In this document: positions 54,626-63,507 of the stretch, piece after piece
Position numbering within the stretch: position 1 is the stretch's first letter
Layout: each line of letters begins with the position of its first letter
Assembly (NCBI GenBank): GCA_963777775.1
Contig: CAVZRL010000003.1
Location: forward strand, 28,751-92,750
DNA length: 64,000 nt
Direction of reading: 5' to 3'
DNA from: an uncultured Solirubrobacterales bacterium
GTDB taxonomy: Bacteria; Actinomycetota; Thermoleophilia; Solirubrobacterales; 70-9
Notes under the pieces: generated by a model
Databases searched by the model: none
Told to the model about the DNA's origin: nothing
The model's input: the letters and a program-made list of their open reading frames with translations, nothing else
Made by a program: the position numbers and the translations under genes

Positions 54626-55531
54626 GTGCGGACCGCATTCCTCGGCACCTCCGAGTACGCGGTCGCGGTTCTCGAGCGGCTCGCCGCCGGCGAGCACCGG
54701 CCGGTGCTCGCGGTCGCGCCGCCGGACCGGCCGCGCGGCCGGGGACGCCGTAGCGCGCCGCCTCCGGTCGCCCGAGCCGCGCGCGAGCTCGGGATCGAGT
54801 TGCTGCAGACGGCCGACGCCAGCGACCCCGGGGCCTGCGAGCGAATCCGCGCCGCCGGGGCGCAGGCGGGGATCGTCTGCGCGTTCGGCCAGCTCTTGCG
54901 CGAGCCGCTGTTGAGCGCGCTTGAGCTGCTCAACGTCCATCCCTCGTTGCTCCCGCGCTGGCGTGGGGCGGCGCCGATCGAGCGTGCGATCATGGCCGCC
55001 GACGCCGAGACCGGGGTGACGATCATGCGGGTCTGCGAGCGGCTCGACTCGGGCCCGATCGCGCTCCAGGAGTCGATCCCGATCGGGTCCGACGACTACG
55101 GCGCGCTTGCGGCCCGCCTCGGACGGCTCGGTGGCGAGCTGCTCTCGCGGGCCCTCGATCGACTCGCCGCGGGGCGGCTCGAGCTGGTCGCCCAGGACGA
55201 GACCGAGGCGACATACGCGGAGAAGATCGAGCCGGCCGAGCGCCGGCTGGACCCCGGCCGCCCGGCAGCCGAGCTCGAACGCGTGGTCAGGGCGCTGACC
55301 CCGCACGTCGGCGCCTACCTCGACCTCGACACCGGCGGTCCGCTGGCGGTGCTGGCCGCCGACGCTGAGCCTGGAGTCGAGGTCGCGGAAGGTGAGCTCG
55401 CGGCCGGCGACGGACTCCTGCTCGGGTGCGCCGAGGGCGCCCTGCGGCTGCGCCGCGTGCGCCCTGCCGGCGGCACGGAGATGGACGTTGACGCCTACCT
55501 GCGCGGTCACCCGCTCCCGCGTCTCGCATGA
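54626..55531 (+). CDS. fmt: Methionyl-tRNA formyltransferase
   Basis: NVHPSLLPRWRGAAPI motif, directly after def. Confidence 0.93.
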   Translation: MRTAFLGTSEYAVAVLERLAAGEHRPVLAVAPPDRPRGRGRRSAPPPVARAARELGIELLQTADASDPGACERIRAAGAQAGIVCAFGQLLREPLLSALELLNVHPSLLPRWRGAAPIERAIMAADAETGVTIMRVCERLDSGPIALQESIPIGSDDYGALAARLGRLGGELLSRALDRLAAGRLELVAQDETEATYAEKIEPAERRLDPGRPAAELERVVRALTPHVGAYLDLDTGGPLAVLAADAEPGVEVAEGELAAGDGLLLGCAEGALRLRRVRPAGGTEMDVDAYLRGHPLPRLA

Positions 55532-56907
55532 GCGCGGTGACTGCGGATCGGCGCGCGGCCTACGAGGTCCTGCGGCGCACGTTCGACGACGGCGCCTGGA
55601 CCGATCGCGCGTTCACCGTCACCGCCGGACGGCTCGAGCTCGCCGGACGCGACCTCGCCCGGGCACGCCGGCTCGCCTACGGCGCAGTCCAGCGGCGGGG
55701 GACGACGGACCACCTGATCGCCGTCCTCGCCCGGCGCCGGCGCAAGGTGGACTCGTTTGCGCTCGCAGCGCTGCGGCTGGGGATGTTCGAGCTCCTCTTC
55801 TCGGAGGCCCCGGCTGAGCACGCCGCCGTCGACCAGGCGGTCGAGCTCGCTCGGGCGGGCGCTCGCGACGACCGCGTGCCTCGCGGTCGCGCGGAGGCCG
55901 GGGTCGGGTTCGTCAATGCGCTCCTGCGCCAGGCCGCGAGCGAGCGCGAGCGGCTCCTCGCCGAGCTCGACGACTCGACTCCGCAGGGCGCCGCGATCGC
56001 CCACTCCTATCCCGAGTGGTTGGCGCGGATGTGGTGGGAGGAGCTCGGGCCGGAGGAAGCCCGGCTGCTGATGGCGGCGATGAACGAGCCCCGCGAAACG
56101 GCCTTCCGCGTCAACACGCTGCGCGCCGAGCCACGGGCGCTGGCCGCCGAGCTGCGCGAGTCCGGGGTCGATGTCAGCGGGCCGGGGTCGGGCGCCCCGC
56201 TCGACCCGGCGGCGGGAATCGTGGTCGACGAGGCCGGCGACGCGGTAGGAGCGCGGATCGCGACCGGCGAGCTGATCCCCCAGTCGCGGGCTTCGCAGGC
56301 GGTGGTCGCGCTGCTCGACCCGCGCCCGGGGGAGCGCGTGCTCGACCTCTGCGCCGGCCCGGGGATCAAGACGACCGCGATCGCCGCCCGGATCGAGGAT
56401 CGGGGCGAGATCGTCTCGGTCGAGATCGATGCTCGCCGCGCCGACGAGCTGCGCGCGCTGTGCTCACGTGCCGGGGTCGGCTGTGTGCGGGTTGAGGTCG
56501 CCGACGCGGCTGAGGCCGACCTCGGCTCGGGTTACGATCGCGTCCTCTTGGACCCGCCCTGCAGCGACCTCGGCACGCTCGCCTCACGCCCCGATGCGCG
56601 ATGGCGCAAGACGCCCGAGAGCTGCACGCGGCTGGCGGCGCTTCAGCGCCGGCTCCTGGTCCGGGCCGCGCGAGCGCTGGCGCCGGGCGGGACCCTGGTC
56701 TACGCGACCTGCACGATCTCGGCCCGCGAGAACGAGGCCGTCGCCGCGCGCGCCCCCGAATACTCGGGCATCGATGTCGACGACCTCGGCGCCGTGCATC
56801 CGGGGCTGCGATCGCGTCGCGACGGCCGCTTCCTTCAGCTCCTGCCGCAGCGCGACCACACGACGGGCTTCTTCATCGCCCGCCTGCGGGGCGGGGGGCG
56901 CCGATGA
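55528..56907 (+). CDS. rsmB: 16S rRNA (cytosine967-C5)-methyltransferase RsmB
   Basis: NusB-like N-domain, DLCAGPGIKT, DPPCSDLGT and ATCTIS motifs. Confidence 0.9.
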   Translation: MSAVTADRRAAYEVLRRTFDDGAWTDRAFTVTAGRLELAGRDLARARRLAYGAVQRRGTTDHLIAVLARRRRKVDSFALAALRLGMFELLFSEAPAEHAAVDQAVELARAGARDDRVPRGRAEAGVGFVNALLRQAASERERLLAELDDSTPQGAAIAHSYPEWLARMWWEELGPEEARLLMAAMNEPRETAFRVNTLRAEPRALAAELRESGVDVSGPGSGAPLDPAAGIVVDEAGDAVGARIATGELIPQSRASQAVVALLDPRPGERVLDLCAGPGIKTTAIAARIEDRGEIVSVEIDARRADELRALCSRAGVGCVRVEVADAAEADLGSGYDRVLLDPPCSDLGTLASRPDARWRKTPESCTRLAALQRRLLVRAARALAPGGTLVYATCTISARENEAVAARAPEYSGIDVDDLGAVHPGLRSRRDGRFLQLLPQRDHTTGFFIARLRGGGRR

Positions 56908-57140
56908 CAGGGGATTCGCCCGCTCCGACGCTGCGCCGGCCGATCTGCCCCGGCTGCGGCGAGCCGTGGTTGCGCCCGACCCAGCTCCCGGGCCGCTACC
57001 GCTGCGTCTACTGCCTCTGCCGCTACGAGCTCGTCTCGGCCTGTCCCGACTGTGGCGAGCACCAGACTATGGTCCGGATGACCGACCAGCAGGATCTGAT
57101 CTGCCAGCAGTGTGGGCACTCGATGCTGACCCCGGTATGA
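56904..57140 (+). CDS. Small double zinc-ribbon protein (four CxxC pairs)
   Basis: 78 aa with CPGC, CVYC, CPDC and CQQC. ATGA overlaps with both rsmB (56904) and rpe (57137). Confidence 0.7.
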   Translation: MTGDSPAPTLRRPICPGCGEPWLRPTQLPGRYRCVYCLCRYELVSACPDCGEHQTMVRMTDQQDLICQQCGHSMLTPV

Positions 57141-57823
57141 GCGACGGTTCGCGAGCGGAGGCGTTCTCGGAGCGGCGAGTGGCGCCGTCGATCCTCTCCG
57201 CCGACTTCGCCCGGCTCGGGGCGCAGGTGGAGGAGGTGATGGGCGCCGGGGCGCGGGTGATCCACGTCGATGTCATGGACGGGCACTTCGTCCCCCCGAT
57301 CACGATCGGGCCGCTGGTCGCCGCCTCGATCGCCGATCAGGTACACGATGCGGGTGGGGTGCTGGACGTGCACCTGATGATCGAGCGGCCGGCACAGCAG
57401 ATCGACGATTTCGCCCGCGCCGGCGCGGATTGCATCAGCTTCCACGTCGAGGCCGACCCGCACGCGAACCGCACCCTGGCGGCGATCCGGGAGGCCGGCT
57501 GCCTGGCGGGGATCGCGCTCAATCCCGCGACCCCGGTCGACGCGGTCTCCGAGCTCGAGGGCGCCGCCGATCACGTTCTCTGCATGACCGTCAACCCGGG
57601 CTGGGGCGGACAGCCGTTCATCGCCGCTTCGCCCGCAAAGGTGGCGCGGCTTCGTGAGCTGCTGCCCGAGGCCGCGATCGAGGTCGACGGCGGGATCGAC
57701 GAGCGGACCGCCGGCCCGGTCGCCGAGGCGGGCGCGTCGCTGTTCGTCGCCGGCTCGGCGATCTTTGGGACCGCCGACCCGGCGGACGCGTACCGCCGGA
57801 TCGTCGCCGCGGCGGGCGCGTAG
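57137..57823 (+). CDS. rpe: Ribulose-phosphate 3-epimerase
   Basis: PSILSADF, HVDVMDGHFVP and MTVNPGWGGQ. Confidence 0.95.
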   Translation: MSDGSRAEAFSERRVAPSILSADFARLGAQVEEVMGAGARVIHVDVMDGHFVPPITIGPLVAASIADQVHDAGGVLDVHLMIERPAQQIDDFARAGADCISFHVEADPHANRTLAAIREAGCLAGIALNPATPVDAVSELEGAADHVLCMTVNPGWGGQPFIAASPAKVARLRELLPEAAIEVDGGIDERTAGPVAEAGASLFVAGSAIFGTADPADAYRRIVAAAGA

Positions 57824-57830
57824 CCGGCGA

Positions 57831-59549
57831 TCAGCCGCGTGGGGGAGGGGCGGCGAGCGCGCCGGCGATCTCCTGCCACCAGGCGACCTCCTGGCCGGGC
57901 AGGCCCCGGGCCCTCAGCCGGCGCGCCGCCCAGAGGGCGACCTGGTGGCGTCCGCCGATCGCGAGCAGCTCTTGAGAGCTGATCGCGTAGCGGCCGTCGG
58001 CGAGCAGGGCGAGCGCGCCGACGCCGTCGCGGCGCACCCGCAGCCGGGCGAGGACGGCGATTCCCTCGAGCTCCTCGGGGTGGCCCGGATCGCCGTCCGT
58101 CTCCCGCCAGGGGCGGACCGAGAACACCTGCGGCGCCCCGCGCGGCGGCAGTGCGGGGACGGGCGGCTCGCCGAGCGGGCCGCTTCGCCAATGTTCGGTG
58201 ATCTGCTCGAACTCGGCCAGCTGCTCGAGGCGGACGACGACGTGCAGCTCGTCGCCGGCCTCGATCTCGGTCGAGCCGCGGGGTGGGATCGCCCCCCCGT
58301 CGCGGACCAGGAGGTTGACCAGCGCCTCGCGCGGCAACCCGAGGTCCTTGATCGGGCGCCCGACCGCCGCGTCGCCCTCGCGGACTCGCCAGACCAGCGA
58401 TTCGGCGCCGAGCTCGCGGATCATCCCGGTCTCGATCACCGGCTGGGGCAACGCCGGCTCGTCGGCGGTGACGCCGAGCCGCTGCGCCAGCGCCTCGAAG
58501 CTCGCGCCCTGGATCAGGGTCGAGGTGACGACGACGAAGAAGACCGAGTTGAAGATCAGCTCGCTGCCGCCGACCCCGGCGATCACCGGAAAGGTCGCGA
58601 GCCAGATCGGGATTGCCCCGCGCAGCCCGGCCCAGCCGAGCATCAGCCGCTCGCGCATCTCGAACGGCCCGAGCGCGCTGCAGACGACCGCGGCCAGCGG
58701 CCGGGCGAGGAACATCAGCGCCGCCGAGAGCAGCAATCCCTCGGCGGCGACGTCGAGCAGCTGGCTCGGGAAGACGAGTAGGCCGAGCAGGAAGAAGAGC
58801 GAGATCTGCGAGACCCATGCGAGGCCCTCGTGAAAGGCGATCGTGGTTCGCTTCGCCGGCAGCCAGCCGGTGCCGAGGACGAGCGCGGCGATGTAGACCG
58901 AGAGGAAGCCGGAGCCGTGCAGCAGCTCCGGGACGCCATAGGCGAGCGCGGCGGTCGCGACCGAGGCGACCGGGTAGAGCCCGGTGGTCGGGAAGTCGAG
59001 GTTGCGCAGCGCCCAGCGGGCGGCGAGCCCGATCAGCAGCCCGGTCGCGAGCCCGAGCGCCAGCTTCGCGCCCAGGGCCGCGGCCATATCGAGGGCTCCG
59101 TAGTCGGGCAGCTCGATCCAGTCGATGAACCCGGTCACCAGCAGCAGCGCGACCGGGTCGTTCATCCCCGACTCGCCCTCGAGCGCGCTCGCCAGCCGAC
59201 GACGAAGCTGCGATCCGCGCAGGACGGCGAAGATCGCCGCGCTGTCGGTTGCGGCGACCGCCGAGCCGATGATCAGGCCCTCGAGCGTGCTGAGGTCGAA
59301 GAGCAGGATCGCCGCCAGCCCGGTGATCAGCGCGGTGACGACGGTGCCCGCGGTGGCCAGCGAGACGGCGGTCCCGATCACCGGCCGGATCGCGCTCCAG
59401 CCGGCGCTCAGCCCGCCCTCGAACAGGATCAGGACGAGACCGATCGTGCCCAGGGTGCGGGTCAGCTCGGCATCCTCGAACTCGACTCCGCCGATCCCCT
59501 CCGAGCCGGCGAGCATCCCGAGGCCGAGGAAGAGCAGCAGCCCGGGCAC
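57831..59549 (-). CDS. K+/H+ (cation:proton) antiporter, CPA1/NhaP2-like with a C-terminal TrkA-C domain; the true start is probably upstream (up to ~59633)
   Basis: GLLLFLGLGMLAGSEGIGG, many TM segments, and a C-terminal RCK_C-like segment (GRPIKDLGLPREALVNLLVRDG). A further in-frame TM helix lies upstream of the first canonical start. Confidence 0.9.
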   Translation of the reverse strand: MPGLLLFLGLGMLAGSEGIGGVEFEDAELTRTLGTIGLVLILFEGGLSAGWSAIRPVIGTAVSLATAGTVVTALITGLAAILLFDLSTLEGLIIGSAVAATDSAAIFAVLRGSQLRRRLASALEGESGMNDPVALLLVTGFIDWIELPDYGALDMAAALGAKLALGLATGLLIGLAARWALRNLDFPTTGLYPVASVATAALAYGVPELLHGSGFLSVYIAALVLGTGWLPAKRTTIAFHEGLAWVSQISLFFLLGLLVFPSQLLDVAAEGLLLSAALMFLARPLAAVVCSALGPFEMRERLMLGWAGLRGAIPIWLATFPVIAGVGGSELIFNSVFFVVVTSTLIQGASFEALAQRLGVTADEPALPQPVIETGMIRELGAESLVWRVREGDAAVGRPIKDLGLPREALVNLLVRDGGAIPPRGSTEIEAGDELHVVVRLEQLAEFEQITEHWRSGPLGEPPVPALPPRGAPQVFSVRPWRETDGDPGHPEELEGIAVLARLRVRRDGVGALALLADGRYAISSQELLAIGGRHQVALWAARRLRARGLPGQEVAWWQEIAGALAAPPPRG

Positions 59550-59657
59550 CCTGACGCGGTCGGCGACCTTCGCAGCCGCGATGCCGGCCGCGAGCAGCAG
59601 GCCGCCGATCAGGATCAGCTCGTGGTCGCCGATCTGCGAAAAGGTACACTCGGGTTG

Positions 59658-59673
59658 TTGACTGACGAGTCAA
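59658..59673. repeat. Palindrome TTGACT-GACG-AGTCAA 5 nt upstream of the ribD ATG
   Basis: Read directly at 59658-59673. It lies in the short divergent region between the antiporter gene and ribD. Confidence 0.5.
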
Positions 59674-59678
59674 TCGGT

Positions 59679-60806
59679 ATGGGTTCCGTGATCACAGCCG
59701 ACGATCGCGTCCATCTCCGCCATGCCCTGGAACTGGCCGAGGGCGGCCGCGGGAGGGTGAGCCCGAACCCGCTCGTCGGGGCCGTGATCGTCCGGGCCGG
59801 CAAGCTGCTCGGGTCCGGCCATCACGCCGAGCTCGGCGGCCCGCATGCCGAGACGGCGGCCCTACGCGACGCCTCCGAGCGCGGCAACGACCCCGACGGA
59901 GCGACGCTCTATGTCTCGCTCGAGCCGTGTGCGCATCACGGCCGCCAGCCTCCTTGCGTCGACGCCGTGCTCGCCGCCGGGATCGCCCGGGTGGTGATCG
60001 GGTGCGACGACCCGAGCGAGAAGGCGTCCGGCCGCGGACCGGGAATGCTGCGCGACGGCGGGGTCGAGGTCTCGTTCGCCGACGGCCCCGAGGCGGCTGC
60101 GGCGCGCCTTCTGATCCAGCCGTTTCGCAAGCACGCGCGTACCGGCAGGCCGCTCGTGACCCTGAAGTCGGCGCTCAGCGTCGACGGCTTCACCGCCACC
60201 CAGTCGGGCGAGTCGAAGTGGATCTCGGGCGCTTCGAGCCGGGCCCTCGTCCACGCCTGGCGCGCCGAGGCCGACGCGGTCGCGGTCGGGATCGCAACCG
60301 CGCTCGCCGACGATCCGCTGCTCACCGCCCGCGATACCGACCCGCCCCCGACCCGCCAGCCCGCCCGGGTGGTCTTCGACTCGGCCGCGAGGCTGTCCTT
60401 GGACTCGCGGCTGCTCGGCTCGCTGGACCAGGCGCCGGTCTTCGTGATCACCGCGGCCGGGGCGCCTGCGGACCGGGTCTCCGCCCTGCGCGATGCCGGC
60501 GCCGAGGTGATCGAGCTCGCCGGCGGGCCCGTCGACCGGGTCCGGGCGGCGCTCGACGAGCTCGGCCGTCGCGGCATCGCCTCCCTGCTGCTCGAGGGTG
60601 GGGCGGTCCTCGCCGCCTCGTTTCGAGACGCGGACGAGCTCGACGAGCTGCGCCTGTTCATCGCCCCGGTGCTGCTCGGCGACGGTCGGCCGCTGCTCGC
60701 GGGCGGCGGCGCGGGGACGGTGGCGGGCGCCCAGCGTCCGCTGGCCAGCGACTGGGAGCGCTGCGGGGACGACATCCTGTTTCGCGCCCGCCTCCGGGAG
60801 TGGTGA
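59679..60806 (+). CDS. ribD: Bifunctional diaminohydroxyphosphoribosylaminopyrimidine deaminase / 5-amino-6-(5-phosphoribosylamino)uracil reductase
   Basis: HAE...LEPCAHHGRQPPC deaminase zinc motif and a C-terminal reductase domain. Confidence 0.93.
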   Translation: MGSVITADDRVHLRHALELAEGGRGRVSPNPLVGAVIVRAGKLLGSGHHAELGGPHAETAALRDASERGNDPDGATLYVSLEPCAHHGRQPPCVDAVLAAGIARVVIGCDDPSEKASGRGPGMLRDGGVEVSFADGPEAAAARLLIQPFRKHARTGRPLVTLKSALSVDGFTATQSGESKWISGASSRALVHAWRAEADAVAVGIATALADDPLLTARDTDPPPTRQPARVVFDSAARLSLDSRLLGSLDQAPVFVITAAGAPADRVSALRDAGAEVIELAGGPVDRVRAALDELGRRGIASLLLEGGAVLAASFRDADELDELRLFIAPVLLGDGRPLLAGGGAGTVAGAQRPLASDWERCGDDILFRARLREW

Positions 60807-60811
60807 GGGAG

Positions 60812-61414
60812 ATGTTCACCGGAATCGTCACCGAGCTGGGAACGGTCGAGAGCGCCGAGCGCGCCGACGCCGGCGCCCGGCTGCGAATCCGCGCCGAGCT
60901 CGCCGGACGGCTCAGCGAGGGCGACTCGGTCGCGGTCGAGGGCGCCTGCCTGACCGCTGCCGCGGTCGAGCCGGACGCATTCGAGGCCGACGTGATGAAC
61001 CAGACCCTCGGCCTGACGACGCTGGGCCGGCTCGCCGCCGGGGACCGTGTGAACCTCGAGCCGGCCTTGCGCGCCGGCCAGCCGCTTGGCGGCCACCTCG
61101 TCCAGGGCCACGTCGACGGGCTCGGCGAGGTGACCTCGGTGACCGAGGACGGGATCGCGAAGCGGCTCCGCGTGCGGCTCGCGGACGGGCTCGATCGCTA
61201 CGCGGTCGAGCACGGGTCGGTGACCGTGTCCGGCGTCAGCCTCACTGTCGCGGGGCTCGCCGCCGGCGAGATCGAGGTCTCGCTGGTTCCCGAGACGCTC
61301 GCCCGCACGACGCTCGGCCGGGTCGGCGAGGGCGACCTGCTCAACGTCGAGCTCGACCTCGTCGCCCGCTACGTCGAGCGCCTTCTACGCTTCAGAGAGG
61401 AAGGGAGCAGCTAG
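60812..61414 (+). CDS. ribE: Riboflavin synthase (alpha chain)
   Basis: MFTGIVTELGTV..., with the internal repeat GHVDG/GVSLTV. Confidence 0.93.
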   Translation: MFTGIVTELGTVESAERADAGARLRIRAELAGRLSEGDSVAVEGACLTAAAVEPDAFEADVMNQTLGLTTLGRLAAGDRVNLEPALRAGQPLGGHLVQGHVDGLGEVTSVTEDGIAKRLRVRLADGLDRYAVEHGSVTVSGVSLTVAGLAAGEIEVSLVPETLARTTLGRVGEGDLLNVELDLVARYVERLLRFREEGSS

Positions 61415-61417
61415 CTG

Positions 61418-62722
61418 ATGTCCAAGCAGACCGCCACCCAGACCGCGTTCGCAACCATTGAAGAGGCGATCGATGAGATCCGTCGCGGCCGGATGGTCGT
61501 CGTCTGCGACGACGAGAACCGCGAGAACGAGGGCGACCTGACCCTCGCCGCCCAGTTTGCCACCCCGGAGGCGATCAACTTCATGGCCAAGGAGGGGCGC
61601 GGGCTGATCTGCCTCGCGCTCAACCCGGAGCGGTGCGACGAGCTCGAGCTGAACCTGATGGCGGCCAAGAACGAGGCGCCGCTACAGACCGCGTTTACGG
61701 TCTCGGTCGAGGCCCGTCACGGGGTCACGACCGGGATCTCCGCCGCCGACCGCGCGCACACGATCCAGGTCGCGATCGACCCCGGCTCCGCCCCGCACGA
61801 CCTGGTCCAACCCGGGCACGTGTTCCCGCTCAAGGCCAAGGACGGCGGCGTGCTCGAGCGCGCCGGGCAGACCGAGGCGGCGGTCGACCTGGCCCGCCTC
61901 GCTGGGCTCAACCCGGCCGGGGTGATCTGCGAGATCATGAACGACGACGGGACGATGGCCCGGGTGCCCGACCTCGTCGGCTACTGCGAGCGCCACGAGC
62001 TGAAGATGATCACGGTCGCCGACCTGATCGCCTACCGTCGCCGCACCGAGCGCTTGGTCGAGCGCGTCGTGGCGACCAAGCTGCCGACCGCGTTCGGCGA
62101 GTTCACCGCGGTCGGCTACCGCTCGCTGCTCGACGACAAGCACCACGTCGCGATGGTCAAGGGGGATGTCGCGGAGGCGGACGCGGTGCTGGTCCGGGTC
62201 CACTCCGAGTGCCTGACCGGCGACGTCTTTCACTCGCTGCGCTGCGACTGCGGCGAGCAGCTCGAGGCGGCGATGGCGATGATCGAGCGCGAGGGCACCG
62301 GCGTGCTCCTCTACCTCTCCCAGGAGGGGCGGGGGATCGGGCTGCTCAACAAGCTCCGCGCCTACAAGCTCCAGGAGGAGGGCCTCGACACCGTCGACGC
62401 CAACCTCAAGCTCGGCCTGCCCGCCGACCTGCGCGACTACGGAATCGGGGCCCAGATCCTCGTCGACCTGGGCCTGAGCCGGATCCGGATCCTGACCAAC
62501 AACCCGAAGAAGATCCACGGGCTCGAGGGCTACGGCCTCTCGGTCGCCGAGCAGGTCCCGATCCAGGCGGTGCCCAATCCGCACAACGAGGAGTACCTGA
62601 ACGCCAAGCGCGACAAGCTCGGCCATGTCCTGCATCACCAGGGGCTGGCGCTCGACGAAGAGCTGCTTCACGCCGAGCACGAGCGCGACGAGCGCGGGCG
62701 CCGCGAGGAGCCCGGTGCCTGA
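61418..62722 (+). CDS. ribBA: Bifunctional 3,4-dihydroxy-2-butanone-4-phosphate synthase / GTP cyclohydrolase II
   Basis: [11 protein letters not shown] (DHBPS) and [21 protein letters not shown] (GCH II). Confidence 0.95.
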   Translation: MSKQTATQTAFATIEEAIDEIRRGRMVVVCDDENRENEGDLTLAAQFATPEAINFMAKEGRGLICLALNPERCDELELNLMAAKNEAPLQTAFTVSVEARHGVTTGISAADRAHTIQVAIDPGSAPHDLVQPGHVFPLKAKDGGVLERAGQTEAAVDLARLAGLNPAGVICEIMNDDGTMARVPDLVGYCERHELKMITVADLIAYRRRTERLVERVVATKLPTAFGEFTAVGYRSLLDDKHHVAMVKGDVAEADAVLVRVHSECLTGDVFHSLRCDCGEQLEAAMAMIEREGTGVLLYLSQEGRGIGLLNKLRAYKLQEEGLDTVDANLKLGLPADLRDYGIGAQILVDLGLSRIRILTNNPKKIHGLEGYGLSVAEQVPIQAVPNPHNEEYLNAKRDKLGHVLHHQGLALDEELLHAEHERDERGRREEPGA

Positions 62723-63143
62723 GTTCGCGATCTGCGTCGCGACCTTCTACGAGGACCTCGCCGGCCGGCTCGTCAACGGCGCGACCGAGGCGTTCGGTGA
62801 GCACGACGTGAGCGCCGCCTCGCTGCACACCTACGAGGTCCCGGGCGCCTTCGAGCTGCCGCTGGCCGCCAAGCTGTGCGCGGAGTCGGGGCGCTTCGAC
62901 GGGGTGGCCTGCCTCGGAGTCGTGATCCGCGGTGAGACCGACCACTACGACTTCGTCTGCGCCGAGGCCGCGCGCGGGATCCAGGACGTCACGCTGCGCA
63001 CCGGTGTGCCGTGCGCGTTTGGCCTCATCACCAGCGACACCCGCGAGCAGGCCGAGGCGCGCGCCGGGGGAGACAAGCGCGACCAGGGCCGAAACGCGGC
63101 GCTCGCGGTGCTGCGGATGGCCGAGCTGCGGGCGAGTCTCTGA
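62715..63143 (+). CDS. ribH: 6,7-dimethyl-8-ribityllumazine synthase
   Basis: GTG 62715 overlaps the ribBA end by 8 nt. VPGAFELP and [14 protein letters not shown]. Confidence 0.93.
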   Translation: MPEFAICVATFYEDLAGRLVNGATEAFGEHDVSAASLHTYEVPGAFELPLAAKLCAESGRFDGVACLGVVIRGETDHYDFVCAEAARGIQDVTLRTGVPCAFGLITSDTREQAEARAGGDKRDQGRNAALAVLRMAELRASL

Positions 63144-63163
63144 GCGCTACCATCCTGCGTCCG

Positions 63164-63355
63164 ATGGCCAAGGTCTGTCACAGCTGCGGCAAGGGCCCCT
63201 CGTTCGGCAATTCGCGTAGCCACTCGATGGTCGCCACCCGGCGGCGCTTCAACCCGAACCTGCAGAAGGTCCGGATCGACGACGGCGGCCGCCCGCGGCG
63301 CGTCTACGTCTGCACCCGCTGCCTGAAGTCGAACAAGATCCAGAAGCACGCCTGA
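63164..63355 (+). CDS. rpmB: 50S ribosomal protein L28
   Basis: MAKVCHSCGKGPSFGNSRSHSMVATRRRFNPNLQKV..., 63 aa. Confidence 0.95.
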   Translation: MAKVCHSCGKGPSFGNSRSHSMVATRRRFNPNLQKVRIDDGGRPRRVYVCTRCLKSNKIQKHA

Positions 63356-63396
63356 ATAATCCGGCCACCTCCTCCGCTTTCGCACGGAACAACTTG

Positions 63397-63424
63397 CCCG
63401 CGGCTACGCCGCGGGTTTTTTATT
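63397..63424 (+). terminator. Canonical rho-independent terminator after rpmB
   Basis: CCCGCGGC-TAC-GCCGCGGG followed by TTTTTTATT. Confidence 0.85.
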
Positions 63425-63507
63425 GGTGCTTCCGCGTCCGGGGGTGCCGGGTGAGGGCTCGGCTGAACTCGCGCACGATCGGGATCGGCGCGTAGGCTCT
63501 CCGCGTC

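Noticed and set aside
59549-59678. Expected an FMN (RFN) riboswitch upstream of ribD.
   Set aside because: No RFN-like conserved segments are visible. The space is too short and mostly overlaps the antiporter N-terminal coding region. Recorded as an absence, to be confirmed with Infernal.
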